Source: Octopus sinensis
Lineage: Eukaryota
Reading direction: 5' to 3'
NCBI RefSeq assembly: GCF_006345805.1
Contig: NC_042997.1
Span: 156,984,001 to 157,048,000, forward strand
Length of the DNA stretch: 64,000 nt
Shown here: positions 36,498-49,285 of the stretch, in pieces
How the letters are laid out: every line of letters begins with the position of its first letter
Position numbering within the stretch: position 1 is the stretch's first letter
The notes under the pieces: generated by a model
What the model was told of the DNA's origin: nothing
Database searches by the model: none
Seen by the model: the letters and a program-made list of their open reading frames with translations, nothing else
Program-made: the position numbers and the translations under genes

Positions 36498-37487
36498 ATA
36501 GGAAAAGGAAAGATCCAGAGAAGTGAAGACAGAGGAAAAAAAATTGCCAACGGTACACACACGGTCACGACAGGCTTCTTTGAGTTTCCATCTACCAAAT
36601 CCACTCACATGGCTTTGGTTGACCCGAGGCTATAGTAGAAGATACTTGCCCAAGGTGCCACACAGTGGGACTGAGCCTGGAACCATGTGGTTGGTAAGCA
36701 AGCTACTTACCACACAGCCACTCCTGCACCTATATACATATATATTATTTATTATTACTATCATTCATGATTTAACATCCATTTTCAATGCTGGAATGCG
36801 TTGGACAATTTTACTGGAGTTGGTATGCCAGAGGATTGCACTATTACTCCAACGTCTGTTTTGAGATGGTTTTTATAGTTGGATGTCCTTCCTAAAATCC
36901 AACCATTTTCCTGAGTTTACTGAGTAATTTTTACATGGCACCAAAACCAACTAACTTATAAGACAAGAACTCCTGAAGTGAGCTAGGCATAGAATTGACA
37001 TATTTACACACATTCATTCATTCATACATACATACATACACATACACATTCTATATACATATCTATATATACACACACGCACACACATACATACATATTT
37101 ACATACATATTCTGTTATTATTTAATTCTTTTATTTGTTTCAGTCATTTGACTGCAGCCATGCTGGAGCACTGCCTTTAGTCGAACAAATCGACCCCAGG
37201 ACTTATTCTTTGTAAGCCCAGTACTTATTCTATTATTGTCTTTTGCTGAACCGCTAAGTGACAGGGATGTAAACATACTAACATCAGTTGTCAAGCAATG
37301 GTGGTGGGGACAAACACAGACACACAAACATATACATATATATGTGTTGGGCATCTTTTAGTTTCTGTCAACCAAATCTACTCACAAGGTTTTAAGTGAC
37401 CTAAAGCTATAGTAGAAGACACTTGCTCAATGTGTCATGCAGTGGGACTGAACTCAGAACAATGTGGTTGGGAAGCAAGCTTCTTAC

Positions 37488-37600
37488 CACACAGCCACGC
37501 CTGTGCCTATCCACACAGCCACACCTGTGCCTATGCACACAACCACGCCTGTACCTATGCACACAGCCACACCTGTGCACACAGCCACGCATGTGCCTAT

Positions 37601-37601
<1 letters not shown>
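37488..37601 (-). repeat. 24 bp minisatellite (x~5) formed from the SINE A 5' head
   Basis: CACAGCCACRCCTGTGCCTATGCA units directly continuing the 5' end of the SINE at ~37130-37500. Confidence 0.85.
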
Positions 37602-37644
<43 letters not shown>

Positions 37645-37991
37645 ATTCACACACAGTTAAAATTTACAGAAAACAAAAGACAAAGACGGGTAAAGGGACA
37701 GGCAGTTACCATGATCTTTTTTGGGGGTCTTCAAGCCTGGTGTAAACATGTAAAACAGCTATCATCAGACCAGAGATTTAGGCTAAGCAACAAGGTAGGC
37801 TGCATTAAGGGTACCCAAGGGCTAGGTGGTGGTGTTAAACCATGCAGGGAGTTTGTTGTAACAAGTGATATTGATAAATGTGTCAACAAACACAAATGTG
37901 AGCTGAAAGTGTTTACTACTGCATAGTTTACTGCTGCATAGCTGAATTGGGAAGACAAAGTTTTAATGTGATCACTTAATCTGTTGGATAT

Positions 37992-38202
37992 TACTCTTTT
38001 ACTCTTTTACTTGTTTCAGTCATTTGACTGCGGCCATGCTGGAGCACCACCTTTAGTTGAGCAAATCGACCCCGGGACTTATTCTTTGTAAGCCCAGTAC
38101 TTATTCTATCGGTCTCTTTTGCCGAACCGCTAGGTGACGGGGACGTAAACACACCAGCATCGGTTGTCAAGCAATGCTAGGGAGACAAACACAGACACAC
38201 AA

Positions 38203-38243
<41 letters not shown>

Positions 38244-38407
38244 ACAGGCTTCTTTCAGTTTCCGTCTACCAAATCGACTCACAAGGCATTGGTCGGCCCG
38301 GGGCTATAGCAGAAGACACTTGCCCAAGATGCCACGCAGTGGGACTGAACCCGGAACCATGTGGTTGGTTAGCAAGCTACTTACCACACAGCCACTCCTG
38401 CGCCTAT
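37992..38407 (-). mobile_element. SINE family A
   Basis: Full-length, low-divergence reverse copy. Confidence 0.88.
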
Positions 38408-40129
38408 ATAATAGTAAAGTTTTTCTCCAGTTTCATGCTATTGTTTTAAATGAATGAAAATGGAATGCCTTTCATCAGGGTTGATATGGGGGCTAAACAA
38501 CAATTGGAACAACAATTTATTGTAAGGTGATCTGTGTCTAACATGATGAACAAAGGTATATACTGCTGATTCTTTTAATTAATTCCAGAGTTATATCCTC
38601 TACTTTTCTTGACCAAACTATCATTTGGCTAATAACTTTGTTTTTTCTTCAACACAAGTTTAACTCATTAGCAACTTGAAATGCAATATAACAGTTTATG
38701 ATGTATACAGAACATCAGCTCTATCAAAACAGGATTTAAATGACATAATGAACAGGAACCAACCAATGAATGAGTGATAAACAGATAAACAACTCAAGTA
38801 AATTATGATGTAACTTAGAAAAAAAAAAGAAGTGATTATGTAATAGACAAGCAGAGACAAAATTACTACCATGATGGCCAATGGGAAATGACATTTACTG
38901 TTTCAGAGAAATGACTAAGATAGCAAAATCTGAAAAAAACGATATACAAATAAACATAAGTGAAGTCAATCAATTAAAAACTAGAACACCTCATGAATTG
39001 GAAAATGAATCAACAACAATAGACAACATCCTAACAAAAAGGTAAAATCAAATTATAAAATAGTCAATGAAAAATGTAACCATAAACAATACAACAAACT
39101 CAACCAAATGTATATAGTAGTAGCCCAAATACCAAAGGAAGAGGGTTCTCACCTAAGGATGGCAGCTTGACTTGTGAGAAAAAGAATTGTTTAGATAAAT
39201 TATATATGGCTTGGTCAGAGGAGGAAAGGTAATGCTTGTAAAGTTAGTAGCAGAGTTCATATACATAAAAACAGCTGATGATTCACCCCATCATGACTCA
39301 GTTTTTCACTGCAATTGCACATAAAAAAAAATTTGTGTAGCAATGGATTGAATCTTTAGCTATTTCTAATCTATTATATAAAATCTGTTCTGTCTGTCCG
39401 ATTGCGCTCAAATTTGATATGTAGATACCGACGGTATCAGGGCGTGTATAAGTCTTGAAAAAATTACAAAAATCAATTCCAAGTGAGAATCCGATCGATA
39501 AAGCCGTGGGAATGTGCATTTGTAAAGTCATTTTTCTTGGAATAGAAAAAAAGTCTATCTTTATTTCTTTTGCTGGTGTCTCAAATTTAGGTTAAATCAG
39601 TATTTCTCAAAGGGTTGGCCAAGTTGTTTTGAGAAAACTTGGTTTAAATGTTTGACAACTCAGCACTGTCCACTGTTTGCTCATACATACATATGCACAC
39701 ACACATGCAAGATGGGATCATACAGTTTCTGTCAACCAAATTTTACTTGTAAAGCTTTGGTTGATTCGAGGCTGAAACACAACACATACGATCACACAGC
39801 TTATACAAAAACATATTTACCACCCAATAAAATAAAAGGAACGGTGAAATAGTAAAGCAGCACAAAATACAAGAAGCCAGGCCCCAGGGTGAAGTAAAAC
39901 TGGTGTAATATATTAATGTGGATCTACATTTGTGAAGAATAATGCTGCACACAGCTCAGAAACATGGAAGGAGCTGTGGTGATGCAGCCAAAACAAAAAA
40001 AAAATCACATAAAACTGTCAAAAGCATGATAATAATAATAATAATAATCCTTTCTACTAAAGAAACAAGGCCGGAAATTTGGCGGAAGGGGACTAGTTGA
40101 TAATACTGACCCAGTTTTTCACTGGTACT

Positions 40130-40138
40130 TAACAACAA

Positions 40139-40213
<75 letters not shown>

Positions 40214-40252
40214 CAACAACACAACAACACAACAAACAACAACAACAACAAC

Positions 40253-40342
<90 letters not shown>

Positions 40343-40415
40343 ACAACAACAACAACAATAATAATAATAATAATAATAATAATTGTGATAATAATAATAA
40401 TATAATAATGATAAT
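40130..40415. repeat. Compound trinucleotide microsatellite (CAA)(CAG)n(CAA)n(TAA)n
   Basis: Directly visible; source of the poly-Leu/Val ORFs. Confidence 0.95.
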
Positions 40416-42176
40416 GGCCTGATGCAATACTAGGTGCTGACTCTCATGGTTTCTGATCATAACTGAGTGGAAGTATTATCATGTACATGTTTTGCTTGGT
40501 GAAAAAGATGGACTGCAACAAATATTCTGCTCAGTACCACAAATTTGCTTGTCACTTGCTTGACCTTAAACAGTTAAGCATGTCCCTTGGTGGCTGATAT
40601 GTGCATCTCTGATCATGAGCAGAAGTAATGGGGAAACAGCACAGCCATGTGATGAGAGAAGTTCTTTGGAGTTTGAATAACTCTCCTCAGAAATCAAGGG
40701 TGTTTTGTTCAACATCCTTAAATACACCCACATCCAGGAACATTTTGAGCAGGATGAGCTACTTGACCTGAAGAAATTCTAACTTAGCCTCACTTGCAAG
40801 GTCATGCACTGTTTACCTTGATGTGAGATCACCATGTTATGCATATATTGTTGTGATACAGGTGTACCCTTATCAGACGGGTAGTCATGATGGGTCTACT
40901 GGGCTTTGTATATTTATACACTACTGTCACTTAGACAGCATGCACTGCTCTCTCACTTAATAATAATAATAATAATAAAAGTGATGATGAGATGAGGATG
41001 ATAGAAAAAGAGTTAAGAAAAAAAACAAGAAATAGCACTGAAAAATATAAATAGATACAATTCATTCACAGAAGAAACTACACAAATATTAAAATATTCA
41101 TTCAGAAGGAAAGCAGGCTAAATACTAAATGTCAAAATCACTACAACATCTCTGTGTTCCCAATTAAACCATATTCTAAATAAAATTGAAAGACAAATAG
41201 AAAAAGAAGAATTCAACATGAAAAAAAGAAAGACACAAATAACAAAAAATATATGATAAAAAAACAGACCCCAGAAACTAAAGGTAAGCTTAAACAAATT
41301 GAATGAGCAAAAGCTTTGAATAGGGTTCAAATTATAGATAAACATTAAGTGCAGGTGTTGCTGTGATAGGTGTGGACATGGCAGTATGATTGAGAAGCTT
41401 GCTTCCAAACCGTGTGATTTCGGGAAGCCTCTAGGATTGACAATACCCCCAAATCTTGGCAGAAATACTTGACCAGCATCTATAGATATGTGATGGTAAC
41501 ATTCAATGAACTAGAAAAGAAATGAGTTTAAAACCTGATTGGCTGTTAAAGTGAGGGGACAATATTAATTCCCTAAAATTGGAAATGTTTTACCAATCCC
41601 CACCAAATTACAAGCCTATAACAAGCTTGTCAACAACACATGAAGCCTTTACATCTATACTCAACAACAAGCTGGTTGCTCATCTGGTAGACCTAGGAAT
41701 GACTGAAATAATGAAACTATCACCTCCATATATTTAATTTAATTTGATAGGAATACTCACGATACTGAATTCCTGAGAAGAGATTGATACCATCTGTATA
41801 GAGTTACCTTTATTCAGCAGCATAAAATAATTTAAGCTAAAACTTCTTGTGTGTCAGCCTAAGTATCAGCTTGCTCCTGTCAATCTAATTCATTGTCTTT
41901 CTTTAGAAATGTTTTAAGTGGTAATGTACACATATGGATCTTAAAAGCATACAAAGAAATACAAACAAAAAGTCATAAAAATTGCACACACACACATACA
42001 TACACACATATTGTTTATTTATTTTTTCCGTGTTATTTGTAAACACTGGAAAACACACACACAAACACACATATATAAATTAAAGGAGCAGGTAAAATTC
42101 AGGCTACATATTTCCTAGCTAGTAGATCCTCTGATGTAATAGGTAGGTTTAAAAAACACACTAGTAATAAGAAGCA

Positions 42177-42925
42177 TCGGATGTGGCATGCAAGCGAGAC
42201 GTTTGCGCTGGTATGGTCATGTACTATGGATGGATCAGGAGAGATGTGTGAAGAAGTGCTACTCCCAAACAGTTGAAGGAATACAGGGTAGAGGTAGACC
42301 CAGGAAGACATGGGATGAGGTGGTCAAGCATGACCTTCAAACATTGGGCCTCACAGAGGCAACGATGAAAGACCGAGACCTCTGGAGATATGCTGTGACT
42401 GCGAAGACCCGACAAATAACGTGAGTTCATGACTGTTTCCTGCACCAGCTTCACATAGCAGCCCCAGCCCATCCAAAGTACCTTGGATAGCAGGACAGCC
42501 TGCTGTGCTTACCTTGGATCATAGGGCAACCTACTGTGCTTGAGGAGACCTATTGAGTCAAGTACATCAACAACAAAATAAAAATCAAATGGAAATTGTA
42601 GTTGTGATACCTGTGCTGGTGGCATGTAAAAAGCACCATCCAAACATGGCCAATGCCAGTGCCGCCTTGACTGGCTTCCGTGCCGGTGGCACGTAAAAAG
42701 CACCAACCAATTGTGGCTGTTGCCAGCCTCCCCTGGCACCTGTGCCAGTGGTATGTAAAAAGAACCCACTATGCTGAGTAGTTGGCATTAGGAAGGGTAA
42801 CCAGTTGTAGAAACACCGCCAGATCAAACCAGAGCCTGGTGCAGCCTCCTAGCTTCCCATACCCCAGTTGAACCGTCCAACCCACGCTAGCATGGAAAAC
42901 GGATGTTAAGCGATGATGATGATGA
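42177..42925 (+). mobile_element. RTE LINE 3' end (ORF C-terminus, 3' UTR and (GAT)n tail)
   Basis: RRLRWYGHVLWMDQERCVKKC...GRGRPRKTWDEVVKHDL...DRDLWRYAV, followed by a UTR with about 3 copies of the ~60 bp unit. Confidence 0.9.
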
Positions 42926-42930
42926 ATGTT

Positions 42931-43114
42931 CAGGAACAGTAATAATTTATTGGTGAGAGTAAGGCTTTCCTATATCAAAGTTCGATAAGCAGAAAAAGAA
43001 TTTTTTACAGCTCACAGTTAACAACTTGAGTCTATAAAAAAAATTTTTTCAGATTACCAAACTTTGATATAGGAAAAGCCTACAATTCTTGCCAATAAAT
43101 TATCACTGTTCATG
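42931..43114. mobile_element. Foldback MITE (~185 bp)
   Basis: Imperfect ~50 bp TIRs CA(G/T)GAACAGT(A/G)ATAATTTATTGG...CCTATATCAAAGTT; AATGTT repeated on both flanks. Confidence 0.7.
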
Positions 43115-43571
43115 AATGTTGGTTTTTTAATACTTACCATGAACTGCTTGAAGCTAACAAACTTCCTACAATTAGATTGTTGCAGCTTATAATTACACAT
43201 ACACACGCACATAGAGAAAAGTGGATATTAGTACATGTGGGAATTGAAACCACACTTTTTATATTCACAATAAGTGTGCTAACCAATTACACCAACCTAC
43301 CCATGGACTTCTTCCAGTTGAATATAAGAGGAGTGAGTTCAGTTTCCATGCATACTAAAACTCACTATTTTCTGTTGAGAACTTATATGCCCCAATATTA
43401 GACACAACCTCACGATTGTAAGCTTGATGCTCTAACCACTGAGCCATGCTCTTTCATGCACACACACACACACACACATATATAGGATTGTTTGTAGAAA
43501 TACATAAATCTGGAGGAGAAGCACATACTAAGATGTAAAATAGTTAATATTATAGAGGGGTAGACTGAATG

Positions 43572-43636
43572 ATAGGGTTAACATGAGTTTCTTGCTCATA
43601 AGAGGTTCAGCCTTACGGCGTATCTTCAGACCCTAT
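43572..43636 (-). ncRNA. Degenerate type-I hammerhead-like motif with branched stem II
   Basis: AUAGGGU-CUGAAGA...GCC(GUAA)GGC...CUC(UUAU)GAG...GAAAC...UUA|ACCCUAU: perfect 7 bp stem I; stem III and the base of stem II are imperfect. Confidence 0.5.
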
Positions 43637-43932
43637 GTGTGTGTGTGTGTATTTACATATAGAGATACATGCCTTTGTAGAAGCAGATGTAGCTAAGTGA
43701 CAATATCATATTTACTTGAAAGACAGGACATCTGATCTGAAATGGGAGCACTATAAGCAACATGAAGAGAAAGTTACTCATACTTATCTTACCAACAAGT
43801 TTGAATCAAAGGTCCAAGTTCAATATTTCCACTTTGTGTATTACTGTACACATGTTTATATACATATATATGTTCATGCGTGTATATACATACATACATA
43901 TCATCATCTTCGCTTAGTGTGTAATATATACA

Positions 43933-43993
<61 letters not shown>

Positions 43994-43996
43994 GAT

Positions 43997-46378
43997 GTTG
44001 TGTGCAAGAGAGATGATTGCGCTGGTATGGTCATGTGGCGAGAATGGATGAAGATAGGTGTGTGAAAAAGTGCCACACCCTGGCAGTTGAGGGGACCTGT
44101 GGAAGAGGTAGACCCAGGAAAACCTGGGTCGAGGTGGTGAAGCACGACCTTCGAACTCTAGGTCTCACCAAGGAAATGACCAGAGACCGAGACCTATGGA
44201 AGTATGCTGTGCGTCAGAAGACCCGGCAAGACCAGTGTGAACAATCAAAATCAAATCATATATCAGAAAGCAGGGGTTAAGTGACCCATCCGTTCGTGTC
44301 CGCTGTCAGCCTCGTCTGGCACCCGTGTCGGTGATACGTAAAAGCACCATTCACTCGTGGCCATTTGCCAGCTCTGTCTGGCCCCCGTGTCGGTGGCACG
44401 TAAAAGCACCATCCGTTCGTGTTCGTTGCCAGCCTCGCCTGGCCCCGTGCCGGTGACACGTAAAAGCACCGTCCGTTCATGGCCGTTTGCCAGCTCTGTC
44501 TGGCCCCGTGTCGGTGGCACGTAAAAGGACCATCCATTCGTGTCCGTTGCCAGCCTCGGCTGGCCCCCGTGCCGGTGACACGTAAAAGCACCGTCCGTTC
44601 GTGGCCGTTTGCCAGCTCTGTCTGGCCCCGATCCGGTGGCACGTAAAAGCAACATCCGTTCGTGTCCGTTGCCAGCCTTGGCTGGCCCCCGTGCCGGTGA
44701 CACGTAAAAGCACCGTCCGTTCGTGGCCGTGTGCCAGCTCTGTCTGGCAACCGTGTCGGTGGCACGTAAAAGCACCATCCGTTCGTGTCCGTTGCCAGCC
44801 ACGCTGGCAACATGTCGGTGGCACGTAAAAGCAACATCTGTTCGTGTCCGTTGCCAGCCTCGGCTGGCCCCTTGCCGGTGACACGTAAAAGCACCGTCCG
44901 TTCATGGCCGTTTGCCAGCTCTGTCTGGCCCCGTGTCGGTGGCACGTAAAAGCACCATCCATTTGTGTCCGTTGCCAGCATCGCCTGGCCCCGTGCCGGT
45001 GACACGTAAAAGCACCGTCCGTTCGTGGCCGTTTGCCAGCTCTGTCTGGCCCCGTGTCGGTGGCACGTAAAAGCACCATCCGTTCGTGTCCGTTGCCAGC
45101 CTCGGCTGGCCCCCGTGCCGGTGACACGTAAAAGCACCGTCCGTTCGTGGCCGTTTGCCAGCTCTGTCTGGCCCCGATCCGGTGGCACGTAAAAGCAACA
45201 TCCGTTCGTGTCCGTTGCCAGCCTTGGCTGGGCCCCGTGCCGGTGACACGTAAAAGCACCGTCCGTTCGTGGCCGTGTGCCAGCTCTGTCTGGCAACCGT
45301 GCCGGTGGCACGTAAAAGCACCATCCGTTCATGTCTGTTGCCAGCCACGCTGGCAACCATGTCAGTGGCACGTAAAAGCAACATCCGTTCGTGTCCGTTG
45401 CCAGCCTTGGCTGGCCCCCGTGCCGGTGACACGTAAAAGCACCGTCCGTTCGTGGCCGTTTGCCAGCTCTGTCTGGCCCCGATCCGGTGGCATGTAAAAG
45501 CAACATCCGTTCGTGTCCGTTGCCAGCCTTGGCTGGCCCCCGTGCCGGTGACACGTAAAAGCACCGTCCGTTCGTGGCCGTTTGCCAGCTCTGTCTGGCC
45601 CCGATCCGGTGGCACGTAAAAGCAACATCCGTTCGTGTCTGTTGCCAGCCTTGGCTGGCCCCCGTGCCGGTGACACGTAAAAGCACCGTCCGTTCGTGGC
45701 CGTGTGCCAGCTCTGTCTGGCAACCGTGTCGGTGGCACGTAAAAGCACCATCCGTTCGTGTCCGTTGCCAGCCACGCTGGCAACCATGTCGGTGGCACGT
45801 AAAAGCAACATCCGTTCGTGTCCGTTGCCAGCCTCGGCTGGCCCCCGTGCCGGTGACACGTAAAAGCACCGTCCGTTCGTGGCCGTTTGCCAGCTCTGTC
45901 TGGCCCCGTGTCGGTGGCACGTAAAAGCACCACCCATTTGTGTCCGTTGCCAGCATCGCCTGGCCCCGTGCCGGTGACACGTAAAAGCACCATCCGTTCG
46001 TGGCCGTTTGCTAGCTCTGTCTGGCACCTGTGCTGGTGGCACGTAAAAAACACCCACTACACTCGCGGGGCACGTAAAAGCACCATCCATTCGTGTCCGC
46101 TGCCAGCATCGCCTGGCCCCGTGCCGGTGACACGTAAAATCACCATCCATTCGTGGCCGTTTGCCAGCTCTGTCTGGCACTTGTGCTGGTGGCACGTAAA
46201 AAACACCCACTACACTCGCGGAGTGGTTGGCGTTAGGAAGGGCATCCAGCCGTAGAAACACTGCCAGATCTGACTGGGCCTGACGAAGCCTTCCAGCTTC
46301 ACAGACCCCAGTTGACTCGTCCAACCCATGCTAGCATGGAAAGCGGACGCTAAATGATGATGATGATGATGATGATGA
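43997..46378 (+). mobile_element. RTE LINE 3' end whose 3' UTR contains an expanded minisatellite
   Basis: ORF 44017-44280 RWYGHVARMDEDRCVKKC...GRPRKTWVEVVKHDL; canonical tail at 46210-46378. Confidence 0.9.
44285..46210 (+). repeat. GC/CpG-rich minisatellite, about 32 units of ~60-62 bp with dimeric higher-order structure
   Basis: CACGTAAAAGCA anchor recurs every ~60-62 bp; units mostly alternate between TGTCCGTTGCCAGCC and TGGCCGTTTGCCAGCTC types. Confidence 0.95.
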
Positions 46379-46400
46379 TATATATATACATACACACACG

Positions 46401-46440
<40 letters not shown>

Positions 46441-46554
46441 CACATACACACACACATATATATATACATACATATACACACACACATATATATATATACA
46501 TACATATACACACACACACATATATATATACATACATATACACACACACACATA

Positions 46555-46594
<40 letters not shown>

Positions 46595-46689
46595 AGTAGA
46601 AGTAAGGACCAGAACCCTTCAAAGAGATGTTTAGTAACCAAGTTCCTGAGGAAAAGCCTAATTTGTGATTTCAAATGGATTATATTTTC

Positions 46690-47530
46690 CTCAAACTTAC
46701 AAGGGAAAAACTCAGATCTTGTGAATCTTGTGAATTTTCCAAAGTCCTCCCAACCCCGTTGCTTTCTGCACATTTTTGTTTTCAGATTCATTTCCTACAT
46801 GGATATGAAGTAGAAAGATAACGATTTTCCTCAAAATTATGAGGGAACTTGTGAATTTTCCGAAGTCAGAAAAGATTTTCCCCACAAATTTCCTTATAAT
46901 CTTAATCTATACCACTTGAAAGGTATTCATATAAAATTTCATTAAAAACCCCCTTTTTCCTGAAAGTTATAAGGGAAAAACATCGGATCTTGTAAATTTT
47001 CCGAAAGCCTCTCCCCCCACGCCCATTGCTTTCTGGGCGTTTTTGTTTTCATATTCGTTTCCTACACCTTTTTTTTACACCCGTTGCACTATTTTTTTTC
47101 GATTTTGCTTCCAGGTAATAATGCCAACATTAACCCTATTTTCCTTAGTCATTGCATAGTGATCGCTTTAAGCTTATATAAAAATACCATTATTATTATT
47201 TACAGGATTGTAAAATATGGCACCGTATAACAAAACCATTTGCACGGAAAACTTATATAAAATGTTTGTTTGCATAAAACAAATACAAGGGAGGCTAATT
47301 CACTGGTATAAAGGTAACACACTTAGATGCCTTAACAAAGGAATGTGGGTTTGAGTCCTATGCAGATAGGAAAGCCTTCTTTTTCTGTCGAGGGCTTAGA
47401 TGCCCCGTTATTAGACTATTTTCCTTAGTCATTGGATAAGGTTTAAGCTTATATAAAAATACCCTTATTATTTACAGGATTGTAAAATACGGTGTCGTAT
47501 AACAAAATCATTTGCATCGAAAGTACATAT
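46690..47530. repeat. Degenerate tandem repeats of ~270 bp and ~290 bp, probably internal to a decayed DNA transposon
   Basis: 46706-46799 ~ 46975-47065 and 47129-47260 ~ 47419-47530. Confidence 0.6.
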
Positions 47531-48426
47531 ATATGTAGGCACAGGTATGACTGTATGGTTAAGAAGTTTGCTTTCCAACCACGTTCTTCTGAGTTCAACC
47601 CCACTGTGTGGCACTCTTCTGCTATAGCCTTGGGCAGACCAAAACCTTGTGAATGGATTTGGTAGATGGAAAGTGAAAGAAACCTTACTCCCATTATATA
47701 TATATATATATATATAAAAGAAAAGGCCACCTTTGGTCATGAATGACCATGGGATTGACTCTAGAAAGATCCCCTCTAAGGCACAAATCCAGGAAAAGTT
47801 CTTTATGGAAGACCAGCAGTCGCCATTGCATACCAGCCACTCCTCTCCTTACCACCAATGTTATCCAAAGACCAATATGTCTTGGTACCAGTGATGTCCT
47901 TATCTTGACATCATATGATGGTTGTTAATGATCATTCCTGTCATACAAGGATCGTCATTCATTTCCAATATTCTGCGTAAGCATGTCTGGACATTGAAAC
48001 AAATGGCTGTTTAAAATCTGCCTCAATAAACCTTATCCAACCCATGCAAGCATGAAAAATTGAATGTTAAGCTGTTGATGATAATATATATATATATATA
48101 TATATATTCTTATCTTAAATGTTTTGAATTTTATATTTTATACTGTATATATGTATGTTATTATGGTTGCAGTTTTGATAATTAAATAAGACAACATTCT
48201 AATATTCTAAAGCTGATAAACCAACTAATGCGTTTCTCCATTTTCTTATTTGTAATATAAATTAATGGTAAAATATTTCTTTACCTTCACTTATTTAATA
48301 CAATAAGTGAGTTTATTGCATTGCAATTAAAAACACTTGTGTATTAATAATTTAGGTAGTATACCAACAGTATATTGGATAAGTATTATCCCTTAGAGGG
48401 TTGGATCCACAACCCCTAACTTACTT

Positions 48427-48463
<37 letters not shown>

Positions 48464-48553
48464 TCATAAATGAGGGTGAAAAATTAGATATTAATTTAAT
48501 AATACCATTTTTAGCACTAGAGTTAACCACTTAGCGGTAACTCTCTTATATTT

Positions 48554-48726
48554 AAGGCGCAGGAGTGGCTGTGTGGTAAGTAGCTTGCTAACCAACCACA
48601 TAGTTCTGGGTTCAGTCCCACTGCGTGGCATCTTGGGCAAGTGTCTTCTGCTATAGCCCCGGGCTGACCAATGCCTTGTGAATGGATTTGGTAGACAGAA
48701 ACTGAAAGAAGCCTGTCGTATATATG

Positions 48727-48787
<61 letters not shown>

Positions 48788-48980
48788 TTGTGTTTGTCCC
48801 CCTAGCATTGCTTGACAACCGATGCTGGTGTGTTTACGTCCCCGTCACTTAGCGGTTCGGCAAAAAAGACCGATAGGATAAGTACTGGGCTTACAAAGAA
48901 TAAGTCCCGGGGTCGATTTGCTCGACTAAAGGCGGTGCTCCAGCATGGCCACAGTCAAATGACTGAAACAAGTAAAAGAG
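48554..48980 (+). mobile_element. SINE family A
   Basis: Full-length forward copy. Confidence 0.88.
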
Positions 48981-49114
48981 TAATATATATATATACAGTA
49001 AAAGCAATTAAGATTCAAGTCAATTCCAATGAATTTACTTGAATGTGGTACTTAACTTAGATGCACCAGAAAACTATATGGTGTTAACCATACAGTAATG
49101 TGGGGTGATTATAA

Positions 49115-49285
49115 ACGAGAAAGAAGCAACAAGAATGGATTAGTTTTTAGTACAATTGTTTCATACAAAGACAGGCTTTATTAAAAGTTTTTATTAAGAC
49201 AGGCTTTATTGCAACTTTTAATAAAGCCTGTCTTTGTATGAAACAATTGTACTAAAAACTAATCCATTCTTGTTGCTTCTTTCTC

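Larger units (their letters stand above)
32885..36511. repeat. Near-identical tandem duplication, unit ~1.81 kb (~32885-34700 and ~34700-36511)
   Basis: Identical ORFs at offsets 1808-1812; junction microhomology AGGAAAAGGAAA; the differences I saw are mostly microsatellite or homopolymer lengths. Confidence 0.9.

Noticed and set aside
39956-40460. Poly-Leu/Val/Ala ORFs; poly-Gln potential on + strand
   Set aside because: Pure CAG/CAA/TAA microsatellite with no flanking splice or coding context.
40990-41830. A-rich degenerate LINE/PLE coding remnant
   Set aside because: Only faint motif resemblance with many stops; cannot be assigned without a profile search.
44285-46210. CRISPR-like regular array
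   Set aside because: Units are homologous along their whole length with no unique spacers, there are no cas genes, and the context is a eukaryotic LINE 3'UTR.
44263-46324. Long ORFs of up to 567 aa on the minus strand
   Set aside because: They are translations of the ~61 bp minisatellite, open in several frames with periodic peptides and no domain-like sequence.
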